Origin: Pleomorphomonas oryzae DSM 16300
Lineage (GTDB): Bacteria > Pseudomonadota > Alphaproteobacteria > Rhizobiales > Pleomorphomonadaceae
Assembly: GCF_000422965.1 (NCBI RefSeq)
Contig: NZ_AUHB01000002.1
Span: 326,119-350,118 of the forward strand
Direction of reading: 5' to 3'
DNA: 24,000 nucleotides
Shown: positions 13,823 through 22,144 of the stretch, one piece after another
Layout of the letters: each line of letters opens with the position of its first letter
Position numbering within the stretch: position 1 is the first letter of the stretch
The notes under the pieces: generated by a model
Told to the model about the DNA's origin: nothing
Seen by the model: the letters and a program-made list of their open reading frames with translations, nothing else
The model's database searches: none
Translations under genes and position numbers: made by a program

Positions 13823-14694
13823 TGGAAGGCGCTCCCCAGGTACACGTCGGTGACTTTCAGGCGTCCATGGCCCAACTCGCCGGAAATATGGTGACGGGCG
13901 GAGCGGTCGGCCTCGCGTTCCTTGGCGGTCATGTCTGCCCAACGCTTGCCGCCAGCCAACGGGCAGGCTTGGCCGGTCAGCACCGCATAGCGCTGCTGGG
14001 CATAGGCGTGTCGAAACCCGTGCGTGTTGCGGATGCCCGCTTTGAGGGTTTGGTACTCGAACCGTTTGAGCTGTTCGACATAAGTGAGTTGCGCGGGAAT
14101 GAGAGAGCCGCGACCTGGTACGAGCCTCACGACGTGCTGAAGCACCTGTCGCTGTTCCAGGGTGGCGATAGGTATCGTGCGCGCCCGCCCTCCCTTGGTC
14201 CAACTGGAATGTAAAGCGATATGGTCGGAGCGGATTGCTACTTGGGGCTGGAACTTCATGGCCTCCTCGCGCCGCAGGCCAAACGCGGTCTGCAACAGGA
14301 TGGAAGCCTTGATATGCGGGCATTCAATGCTCTGGAATTTCGTATGGTCGAGGATCTGCGCGCGGTTGCGCGTGACCTCTCCCCGTTCGGCAACGCCGTA
14401 GGTAGCGTTATCGCGGCTGACGACATTCGGTTTGTTGATCTTTTCGGCCCACCAACGGAGCCAGGTCAGGCGGTTGCGGATGCTGGCGTCCGTCATGTCG
14501 GCATCGAGCCACCTTTCCACCAGCGCCTCAACGTGTTTGGGCTTGAGGGAGGCAGCCGACGGCAATTTATAGCCGAGATCGCTTAAGTCGTCCGCCATCG
14601 CGGTTAATCCACGTCGGCGGTTCGTTTGTGTGCCGTAAGAGCCGTCCTTGTTGCGGTGGCACAGCCGCACCAAGTCCATGGTCAAATCGCCCAT
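13819..14694 (-). CDS. Tyrosine recombinase of the plasmid/prophage integrase-domain type (291 aa)
   Basis: FGLRREEAM (Arg), HGFRHAYAQQRY (HxxR) and GHGRLKVTDVYLG (His...Tyr). N-terminal KPKHVEALVERW...LTWLRWWAEKINKPNVV. AAGGAAG lies 9 nt upstream of the ATG. Confidence 0.8.
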   Translation of the reverse strand: MGDLTMDLVRLCHRNKDGSYGTQTNRRRGLTAMADDLSDLGYKLPSAASLKPKHVEALVERWLDADMTDASIRNRLTWLRWWAEKINKPNVVSRDNATYGVAERGEVTRNRAQILDHTKFQSIECPHIKASILLQTAFGLRREEAMKFQPQVAIRSDHIALHSSWTKGGRARTIPIATLEQRQVLQHVVRLVPGRGSLIPAQLTYVEQLKRFEYQTLKAGIRNTHGFRHAYAQQRYAVLTGQACPLAGGKRWADMTAKEREADRSARHHISGELGHGRLKVTDVYLGSAFQ

Positions 14695-15159
14695 CTTGCT
14701 CGCTTCCTTTTTGAGAGGTTGGTGAGTGTTGATGGCCGATGCCTGTCCGTAGATCAGGTCACCCCGCGAAGGTCACTCGCGGCAGGAGCCGGAATGCGTA
14801 GTCATGTCCTTCATTCGGTAAAAGCCTCCCAAGCTAGCCGGGTGGCTGGCCTGTAGGGTTTGCCCTGTTGGGCACCCGATGCCCGTCCGGTTTCATGGGA
14901 CATGGCACGGGAAGAACGCCGCCGCGGCGGCGCGCGAATGGTTTGAGCATGCATGATGCTCTCCTTTCTTGATGGGAAAACGGGGAGGAAGATGGATCAG
15001 GCGCTAGGCGTGATCTGGCGGCATTGTGAACATCGCCGGGGGTATAATGCCAGCATGATGCGGCAGAAATGATCGGTGCCGCGCCGTCGCCCGGCGCGTC
15101 ATTCGGGCGTCATGTGGCGGCGTTTGCGGGAAATCGGCGGCTGTCTTGGGCCGGAAGCC

Positions 15160-15197
15160 GGTCCGTCACTCCCCAATGGATTGGCGAGTGACGGACC
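15160..15197. repeat. 38-bp near-perfect palindrome
   Basis: GGTCCGTCACTC-c-CCAAT-gg-ATTGG-c-GAGTGACGGACC. 17 of 18 positions pair. It lies in a ~1.1-kb region with no credible CDS. Confidence 0.85.
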
Positions 15198-15212
15198 TTC
15201 CGCCGCCCGCAC

Positions 15213-15235
15213 GGTCGGATGTAGGACATCCGACC
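15213..15235. repeat. 10-bp inverted repeat with a 3-nt loop
   Basis: GGTCGGATGT (15213-15222), AGG, ACATCCGACC (15226-15235), 16 nt downstream of the 38-bp palindrome. Confidence 0.85.
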
Positions 15236-15830
15236 TCACCCACCTTCAGCCCCGCCCCATGCTCGTATCCTGGCGCGCATCCGACACGGGTGGCAACTAT
15301 GCCCTGCCCGCGACAACCCGCCAGTCGTGTGCCGCCGCTACGCGGTCTCCCGAGCACAGACTGGCAGAACGCCGCTTAAGGCAGAGCAACACTGCCCATC
15401 GACGACGCTTTATTGACTTGCAAAAGGGACCGCGCTTCGCCTGGGGGAATGTGATTAACAGCCGCCCCAAAAGGTAAACGATTACGCAGCAAACGACCTC
15501 GAAGCTCCCATGCACCGTTATCGATCTGACTTTCATGCCGTTGCGCTTCAACTGAAATGCTGTTGTCTCTTTCTGTTGATCTTTAAAGGAAGTACAAGGA
15601 ATCGCCCAATTTGGCATTTCCCCGCTATCGAGCTAGTGTTAATTAGATAAGGTATTGGACAATTTTCTAGAGATTGCTCAGCCTCACATAGTGTGAAATA
15701 TAGTGTAATCTGAGTTATTTTCCGTCGTGCGTGTAAACATAGTGGACTAATCTCTAAGAGATATAATATATTTATGTAGAATTTTGCCACGAAAAGTCTG
15801 CTGTCGTGTAAATGAACCCAGGAGAAAAAA

Positions 15831-16571
15831 ATGAAATCTGCGATTGTGACGGGTGCGTTAAAGCCTGGAATTGGCGCGGCTACCACTAGGCTATTGTTGT
15901 CCGAGAATTATAAGGTATTTGGGACACGAGATGTGGGCTCAGAAATAGAAGAGCTTGGAGTAGATTCCGGTTCACTAGAGATACATGAGGTAGATCATGG
16001 ATCATCAGCCTCAATTGATGAATTTTGCGAGAAATTTCGAGATTTGAAAATCGATTCGTTTGTTAACACTCATATGTTTTTCAATATGGAGAACCAAAGT
16101 GAGTTTGATCACGAGCAATGGGAAAGAAGTATATATGTAAATCTTACCATGCCAAATAGGTTTTTCAGAAATTTGTTTCCGTATCTATCCGACGGATCAA
16201 GCATTGTTACCATATCAAGCACTGAGGCTTTTATAGGTTCTTTCGGAGCCAGTGCTTATGCCGCGTCAAAGGCCGCAATACATAATTTAATTAAAACATG
16301 GGCCAATGTTGGAGGCAAGAAAGGTATTCGTTCAAATGCGATCGCTGCGGGTTGGATCGGCGGGGTAATGGATACTGATGATGTTTTTAACCTATCGCGA
16401 GAAATCACGCCTTTGGGTCGATTGGGTAGTCCGGAGGAAATAGCGAATGTGGTAGCCTTTTTGCTTAGCGACAAGGCATCATTTGTGAATGGATCTGTTA
16501 TCACCGTAGATGGAGGTTATTCCGGGGTGGATAGAATATCTAAGTTTGAATTCGATAGCGTTCAACAATGA
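15831..16571 (+). CDS. Short-chain dehydrogenase/reductase (SDR) family oxidoreductase
   Basis: VTGALKPGIGAAT (TGxxxGxG), SSTEAF...YAASKAA (Ser...YxxxK) and PLGRLGSPEEIANVVAFLLSDKASFVNGSVITVDGG. GGAG lies 8 nt upstream of the ATG. Confidence 0.9.
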   Translation: MKSAIVTGALKPGIGAATTRLLLSENYKVFGTRDVGSEIEELGVDSGSLEIHEVDHGSSASIDEFCEKFRDLKIDSFVNTHMFFNMENQSEFDHEQWERSIYVNLTMPNRFFRNLFPYLSDGSSIVTISSTEAFIGSFGASAYAASKAAIHNLIKTWANVGGKKGIRSNAIAAGWIGGVMDTDDVFNLSREITPLGRLGSPEEIANVVAFLLSDKASFVNGSVITVDGGYSGVDRISKFEFDSVQQ

Positions 16572-16611
16572 CAATTTCAATGTATTGGTCGTCGATTGGG
16601 GGGGGGGCATT

Positions 16612-17520
16612 ATGGCGTGGTGGTGGTCCTTAGTTGTAGCTCTTGTCGAGGTCTTTTTCCTCTTCGGAGTGGGAATATATCTTTCGGCCGATCCTAAGTA
16701 TTCTGCATTGTCGGCCATTTGGATGATCGTCAGCGTCGTCCTTGTAGTTCATAGGCAATTCCTAGTCTTTGAATTTAGGAATGAAATGAAGGAAACCAAA
16801 AAAAACCTGGAAAATACTTTCAACGTGCTGGTCTCCCCAATTAAGAAAGCATCCGAAATTGTCGACCTAAGTGCAAGCTCTGAAATTGGAAGTGTTGGGA
16901 TTATACTGTCTGAGTATTTACGTTTGAAAGAGGAGAGATTATCTCCGGAGAGGACAAGAATAATAGAATCCGCAATAGCTTCATTGAAGTTATTAAATTC
17001 TTCTATGAAGACACCAACTCTTGAGGAGCCTGATTTTTATAGATGGCTGTACCGAGAGTTTGACGATGCTGCGCCGGGATCACGAATACAGATAGTGTCA
17101 ATGGATGAACCTGTTGAATGGAATAATACGATACAAGAACAGACATATTTTGAGAAAAATAAAGCAGCAGCTAAGCGGGGGGTAATGGTTGAGAGGGTAT
17201 TTTTCTTTTCTGCGGAGAGGCTAAAGGAAGCACGGAAAAATAAGTTTATACTAGCTCATGCAGAGGCGAACACGACTCGACTTATTGGGCGCAGGGTGGA
17301 CCGAGAAAGTTTCATTAAATCAGCCCCCACCGCTGTTAAGGATGCGGGGCAGGGGTTCGTATTAATCAATAGCAAATTTGCAATAGTCGATGTGTTCTCC
17401 CCCGATGGTCAGGTTCGCGGATATGTTACTTTTGATCAATCTGAAGTTCAAAAATATAAAGAAACGTTTCAAAAATTCTATGGGTTATCTGCCCCTCTTG
17501 TATTTGACGAGAATATTTAG
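16612..17520 (+). CDS. Membrane-anchored hypothetical protein (302 aa)
   Basis: Start moved to ATG 16612 (MAWWWSLVVALVEVFFLFGVGIYL...). There are two N-terminal hydrophobic helices and a ~230-aa soluble C-terminal region with no motif I recognise. A G10 tract lies 4 nt upstream. Confidence 0.6.
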   Translation: MAWWWSLVVALVEVFFLFGVGIYLSADPKYSALSAIWMIVSVVLVVHRQFLVFEFRNEMKETKKNLENTFNVLVSPIKKASEIVDLSASSEIGSVGIILSEYLRLKEERLSPERTRIIESAIASLKLLNSSMKTPTLEEPDFYRWLYREFDDAAPGSRIQIVSMDEPVEWNNTIQEQTYFEKNKAAAKRGVMVERVFFFSAERLKEARKNKFILAHAEANTTRLIGRRVDRESFIKSAPTAVKDAGQGFVLINSKFAIVDVFSPDGQVRGYVTFDQSEVQKYKETFQKFYGLSAPLVFDENI

Positions 17521-17525
17521 AACGA

Positions 17526-18170
17526 TCATTCTTCCGAGGGGGTATAAATCTGAACGTCCAAATCATCCGGCCTCTTCTGTACCGAATTAGAATCGTAGTA
17601 GTTCATGGGAATAGATATACGCGAAAAATGCCCCCGGAGAGGGGCGACGCGATGCGGAATATTTCGTGCGTCGAAGCAAATAAAGAGGCCTTTCCTTGGC
17701 CATACAACAGCATTTCTTTTTTCGTCGACGTTCCTAAAAACGAGCGCCCCGCCCATTCTTGGATTACATGTGGTACAAAATAGTAGACCCGTTACTGGAT
17801 TGCTGTCCACGTGCCATTCGTACCGAGAGCCAATGCCCTCAATATGATTGATATTTACCGAACTTTTCTGATCGACGGCTACGAATAATTCTTTTCCTTG
17901 GCAGCGGCTCGCGAAGTTGAGAAGAGGCCCCGCGTAGAGAGTCATAAGCCATGGAAGCGAAGCGTTGATGGACGAGCCGTCAACTACATAGACCGGAATT
18001 TTTTGATTTTTCTTCGTCTCACGGCTGGTGGAGCCTTCACCGGTGAGAATAGTCTTTATAGAGTGCTCGCGAATCGTGTGCGAAATTTGGTTATCCCAAT
18101 GGGGTGGTAACAATCCAGCCCCTAATATATCCCAAGAATGATATGGGCGCCATGTCGAGTAGCTATTCAT
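17526..18170 (-). CDS. 2OG-Fe(II) oxygenase superfamily protein (214 aa)
   Basis: YEWHVDSN (HxD), IPHRVAPL (distal His) and SRISIPMN (RxS) in the canonical order. It overlaps the upstream methyltransferase gene by 8 nt. Confidence 0.75.
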   Translation of the reverse strand: MNSYSTWRPYHSWDILGAGLLPPHWDNQISHTIREHSIKTILTGEGSTSRETKKNQKIPVYVVDGSSINASLPWLMTLYAGPLLNFASRCQGKELFVAVDQKSSVNINHIEGIGSRYEWHVDSNPVTGLLFCTTCNPRMGGALVFRNVDEKRNAVVWPRKGLFICFDARNIPHRVAPLRGHFSRISIPMNYYDSNSVQKRPDDLDVQIYTPSEE

Positions 18171-18924
18171 ATTTTACCCCCGAAAAAATAATCTCGTGGC
18201 TGAGCTGTGGGGCGATCTTTGATAGCGCAAGTTCTAGGATTAATGATATTCTAGATTCCCAAACGCCCCCCAAAACACTATGGTATTCGATCTCCTCCAC
18301 GCGAAGACCGGTACCTGGTAGTAAAGCGCTAAAGCGACTTTCACTCATTACCTCGGAATGCACGCCAGTGGAAGTAGTCCTATGTCCTCTCGTCCTATAA
18401 ATCTCTTCGGTCGCTCTCTCCCGGGCTAAAACCCGTCTTAGTGAACTTTCGTTTAGAAACGAGAGAGTGAAATGCCCATTGGGCTTAAGAGCTGTGCCGA
18501 TCGCTGATAAGAGTGCACGCGTGTCAGACATAAATGATGCAGAAGTATTTATGGAAAAAATATAGTCAAATGACTGTGGTTCAAGAAAAGTAAGCGCCGT
18601 AGTGGCGGGGGCGCAAATCAAACGAACACCAGGGTGCCTGGATTTGAATAGGCGGATCATGCCATCCGAAATATCGATGCCAGTATATGTTATACCGCTG
18701 TGCACTGCGCTAATAAGGCGAAACCCAAGACCGCCTCCGCAGCCAATATCGACAATGTTAGTGGCTCTGGAATTTTGGATATGGTCCAACAATAAACGTT
18801 GGGTTTTCCGGTCCTCAGTTCTAGACCAATAATTGTCATATAAAATATCGTATTGATTGGAGATATCATTCCAATAATCTAGGGATTGTGCGGTTATATT
18901 TTCGGATTGGAACTCTGTATCCAT
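18163..18924 (-). CDS. Class I SAM-dependent methyltransferase (253 aa)
   Basis: NIVDIGCGGGLGFRLI is motif I (DxGxGxG), followed by YTGIDISDGM and a typical downstream beta-strand pattern. Confidence 0.85.
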   Translation of the reverse strand: MDTEFQSENITAQSLDYWNDISNQYDILYDNYWSRTEDRKTQRLLLDHIQNSRATNIVDIGCGGGLGFRLISAVHSGITYTGIDISDGMIRLFKSRHPGVRLICAPATTALTFLEPQSFDYIFSINTSASFMSDTRALLSAIGTALKPNGHFTLSFLNESSLRRVLARERATEEIYRTRGHRTTSTGVHSEVMSESRFSALLPGTGLRVEEIEYHSVLGGVWESRISLILELALSKIAPQLSHEIIFSGVKYE

Positions 18925-19228
18925 CGGAATCGGTCCCTAAAACGCGACACATTCTTCTAGAGTTGACATATTAGCTCTAGATCTCAGGTGAGTGAGGGAG
19001 GTATCTCGGTAGTCGCAGTTTGAGGAAGGGTACCTGATGGAAGTGCTCTGAGTCACCGTTTATGGAATCGGAAGTTGTGAAAAAGGTACCTAAACTTTTG
19101 GCGAACGTTTGGAAAAGGCTTGCCAGGGAATTGGCTCGGCAAATTGAAGGGATCGGTTGACGCTGTATTTTTGCACTCCGAACATCTGTACATTGGCCGA
19201 TCGGTATGGTGCGGTAGCTACCTTATTG

Positions 19229-19627
19229 TCATGATCTAAGGCGATAGTGGATGTTCCAGGCAAGCCTGATGGCTGGAAATGACCACTCTCGACGACGCCC
19301 ATAGGATGGACTCGGCCGAGAGAAACATTCGTTCAAACGGCTCTCCCTCTGAAACTTCATGAACCACGCCGTGGACTTCGGTTTGCCGCTTGGCGTCTTC
19401 TCAATCTGGCGGATGATCCCGCTATGTGCCCAGTGGTCATAGGGATTGGAAACCGAGGCGGGGTCGTGCAGATAGGACCGTAGAAGCTGAAGAGTGGCGT
19501 CCTCCGGAGATTGGTGGAGTTCCTTTCGCAGTTCGGCGACGGCGATCGACGCTCCCTGTCTTGCTGCTTCCAGAAGCATATCCTTGAGCTGCTCGTTTGT
19601 GAGAACGAGTGCTTGCAAAGCGTCCAT
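19229..19627 (-). CDS. Hypothetical protein downstream of the P4-type integrase (133 aa from Met28)
   Basis: Track ORF is 19229..19708. MDALQALVLTNEQLKDMLLEAARQG... (ATG 19627) is the more plausible start. No recognised domain. The 3' end runs into lower-GC DNA, so its true extent is uncertain. Confidence 0.4.
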   Translation of the reverse strand: MDALQALVLTNEQLKDMLLEAARQGASIAVAELRKELHQSPEDATLQLLRSYLHDPASVSNPYDHWAHSGIIRQIEKTPSGKPKSTAWFMKFQRESRLNECFSRPSPSYGRRREWSFPAIRLAWNIHYRLRS

Positions 19628-19711
19628 ATGCGGTGGCTTTCGTTGGGTTGAGGGGAGGGGACGGCAGATCGCCGCCGATTGTGGACCCACGATCCACAAG
19701 TGCGTCAAGCG

Positions 19712-21082
19712 TCACACGCCGAGCAGTTCGCCCAACCTCTGGGTGACAGGACGCATAGGGTCAACAAGGCCGAGATCGTAGATCATGGTTGTCGTGAGGT
19801 TGCCCTTATGGTCCACATAGTGGGAGATCGCCTCGTGCGACACTCCCTGACCAGCTAGCATCATCGAGATAGCGATCCGCTTGAGGTCGTAAAGCTGAAA
19901 ATACTCTGGCACGCCCGGCAGGGCTTTGAAGCGCGCCAGCCCTTTCCGAAAATTATCGCGTGGCTGATTGGGATCAGTGTGGGACGGAAATAGGAGCTTG
20001 GCGTCCGGCCAGCGTTGCTGCTGTGCCTGGACCATAGCGGCCACCCTCGGATGAATGGGAACGGACCGATAGGCGTATTCGTAGATAGAGTGCGAGAGTT
20101 TGATGCCTTTGGTGTTGTGCTTATGCCAGACGAGGGCTTCCAGGTCGAAATGGTCGAACTCCGCGCGGACCAAGTCGCTGGGTCGCGCCACAGTGAGAAA
20201 TAGGATCCCCATGAAGTTGCACAGTTCCAGCATCTGGTCATTGGCGACTGAGGCGTGACCCTTCACCAACGCCATATCGCGCTTGGCATAGCCGGTTAGT
20301 GTGCCACTCTCAGGGACTGCTTCGACAACCGGACAAAAGATATTGGCTGCGATTTGCCGTATCTGCTCGGTGGAATAATCACGGCGACGGCGAATCACTT
20401 TGCGGGCGCGGATCGGATGGCAAGGATTGCGCATATCGACCAACTGCATCCTGATAGCCCAGTTGAAAAGGGCTAGCACGTGCCGCAAGGCATTGTTGAA
20501 GACGTATGGCGACGCAAACTGCTTCTGATACCGCTCGATATCGAGCGGTCTGATGGAGGAAAGTGGCCTGTCCGCAAACATGGACCCGAAGTCGGTATAG
20601 CGTTTCCGGACATTATGGCCTCGGCGGCTGGCGATTTTCGGCGCTTTCTTCAGCCATTGGGCGGTGAGTTGGGTGAAAGAACCACGATATTCTTCGGAAA
20701 GTGCGTGAACGTGGCTTTCCCAGTAGTGATTGATCGCCTCCTGCACAGTTAGGAGATGGGCGCGACTCGTGTCGGCCTCAAAGTCAGGATTTTCTCCCGC
20801 ATCTAGCTTTTGAGCACGGTCGCGAACCGCCATGCGCGCTGATCCCACATTCAAGATTACGGTGGAACCGAGTGTCCTTCGATATGGTTTGCCGTTGAAC
20901 TGGTAGGCGTGAATGAAGGATTTTGCTCCCTGCGCCGTCACCCGAAGCCCAAGTCCTGAGATGGAGCCATTGCGGATGTGTCCATCCGCTCCAATAGGAT
21001 GATCCCAGTATATTTCTTGGTCTTTCCCGGCAGGGCAGCGAGCCCCGAAAACAAAAGTATCTGTGAGATATAGTTTAGGCAC
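19712..21082 (-). CDS. P4-like tyrosine integrase with an N-terminal arm-binding (DUF4102-type) domain (456 aa)
   Basis: The N-terminus LTDTFVFGARCPAGKDQEIYWD...GLGLRVTAQGAKSFIHAYQFNGKPYRRTLG is the typical arm-binding domain. Catalytic motifs are VARPSDLVRAEF (Arg), YDLKRIAISM and VDHKGNLTTTMIYD (His...Tyr). GTG start with GGAAG upstream. Confidence 0.9.
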   Translation of the reverse strand: MPKLYLTDTFVFGARCPAGKDQEIYWDHPIGADGHIRNGSISGLGLRVTAQGAKSFIHAYQFNGKPYRRTLGSTVILNVGSARMAVRDRAQKLDAGENPDFEADTSRAHLLTVQEAINHYWESHVHALSEEYRGSFTQLTAQWLKKAPKIASRRGHNVRKRYTDFGSMFADRPLSSIRPLDIERYQKQFASPYVFNNALRHVLALFNWAIRMQLVDMRNPCHPIRARKVIRRRRDYSTEQIRQIAANIFCPVVEAVPESGTLTGYAKRDMALVKGHASVANDQMLELCNFMGILFLTVARPSDLVRAEFDHFDLEALVWHKHNTKGIKLSHSIYEYAYRSVPIHPRVAAMVQAQQQRWPDAKLLFPSHTDPNQPRDNFRKGLARFKALPGVPEYFQLYDLKRIAISMMLAGQGVSHEAISHYVDHKGNLTTTMIYDLGLVDPMRPVTQRLGELLGV

Positions 21083-21084
21083 TT

Positions 21085-21129
21085 CATGTAACTTCCATGT
21101 AAAGATTCCTCTGAAGAACTTACATGGAA
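21085..21129. repeat. CATGTAA repeats (two direct copies, 11-bp phasing) plus one inverted TTCCATGTAA copy, on the integrase-proximal side
   Basis: CATGTAA at 21085-21091 and 21096-21102. TTCCATGTAA (21093-21102) is repeated inverted as TTACATGGAA (21120-21129). Confidence 0.8.
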
Positions 21130-21187
21130 AGTGAAGTAATGACGAAGAGGGAAATATAAAAAATGACGCAATAACAAATGATTAGTC

Positions 21188-21268
<81 letters not shown>

Positions 21269-21312
21269 TGTTTTCAATATGTTATATGTTCATTCTCTCC
21301 GTGATCGATCTC

Positions 21313-21330
21313 CATGTAAATCTCATGTAA
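21313..21330. repeat. CATGTAA repeats (two direct copies, 11-bp phasing) on the far side of the tRNA-like core
   Basis: CATGTAA at 21313-21319 and 21324-21330. The motif and phasing are the same as at 21085-21102. Confidence 0.8.
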
Positions 21331-21779
21331 GTGTACTATCCAGAGAAGGTTTTGTGTAGGATATAGTGCAATAAATTGCCAATTTAGCGCCCACATGGCG
21401 GATGACACCTGGCTGATAGACTAGCAACCGAGATTGTGCCTCAATTTAGCTTCTTGGGACCGATGGGTGCCTTCGCTATGAAACCGGCATGTCTGGACGC
21501 GGGAAGGTCTGGCCGCCCTGCAAACGTAGGCCATAGGAAGAGGAGGGGGCTGAGCTTTGCCGCCGAAGGGGGCCAATCGCTTTACCACGCGACAGGAAGA
21601 CGCCTCTCCTGCCGCCCTCATGGAGGAAGGAATCCCACCTTCGATAATTGCCGAGCTACAGCTTTCAGGTACAGCGCTGGCCGATCACATTGGCGTGAAA
21701 AGAAGGTGGGCAATCAGCCCGATTTGGGTCCCTACTCACACACACATTTTCACACACAGTCTGGATTTTGTTATAAAAA

Positions 21780-21810
21780 GACAATCAATATCAAATTGAT
21801 ATGAATTGTC
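21780..21810. repeat. 31-bp imperfect palindrome abutting the tRNA-Arg fragment
   Basis: GACAATcaATATCAA-A-TTGATATgaATTGTC. 13 of 15 positions pair. Confidence 0.8.
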
Positions 21811-21813
21811 TCT

Positions 21814-21863
21814 TTAGACTACGAATCTGAGGGTCAGGAGTTCGAATCTCTTCGAGCGCGCCA
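21814..21863 (+). pseudogene. tRNA-Arg(ACG) 3' fragment (anticodon arm to CCA); putative att site and island boundary
   Basis: TTAGA-CTACGAA-TCTGA-GGGTC-AGGAG-TTCGAAT-CTCTT-CGAGCGC-G-CCA. There is no matching 5' acceptor strand (GCGCTCG) or D-arm upstream. Confidence 0.65.
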
Positions 21864-22144
21864 TTTATCTTCTTTGATGAAGATAGCGATCTAGCGCATC
21901 TTGCGCGCGATAGTGATGATGCTATTCGCATTTTGTACGACGAGCATTGCCGCCGGTCAGCCGCGACCCTGCGCCATTCCGTCGCCTCGTTGTCGAGGAT
22001 AAGTTAATCCAACAGAATATCCCATCTTTTGATCCAGCATTAAATCAACTTCGGTATTTTGGCACGCGCATATATTATTGTACCCAAACCTAAAGCCATT
22101 CTCGCGCGGGCTTGTGATGACGCGGTATCTCCGTTGGAGACGAA

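Noticed and set aside
13823-14323. N-terminal 167 codons of track ORF 13520..14323
   Set aside because: This stretch overlaps the integrase gene (13819..14694) in another frame and is Arg/Pro-rich. Only the last 100 codons, starting at the ATGA junction, are plausible.
15076-15477. 133-aa and 77-aa plus-strand ORFs and a 63-aa minus-strand ORF
   Set aside because: They have no RBS, low-complexity Arg/Pro/Ala composition and overlap one another. The region is better explained by palindromic non-coding structure.
21737-21758. (CA)n microsatellite as a functional element
   Set aside because: It has only 5 + 4 units interrupted by TTTT. It is too short to argue for function and is noted only as a landmark.
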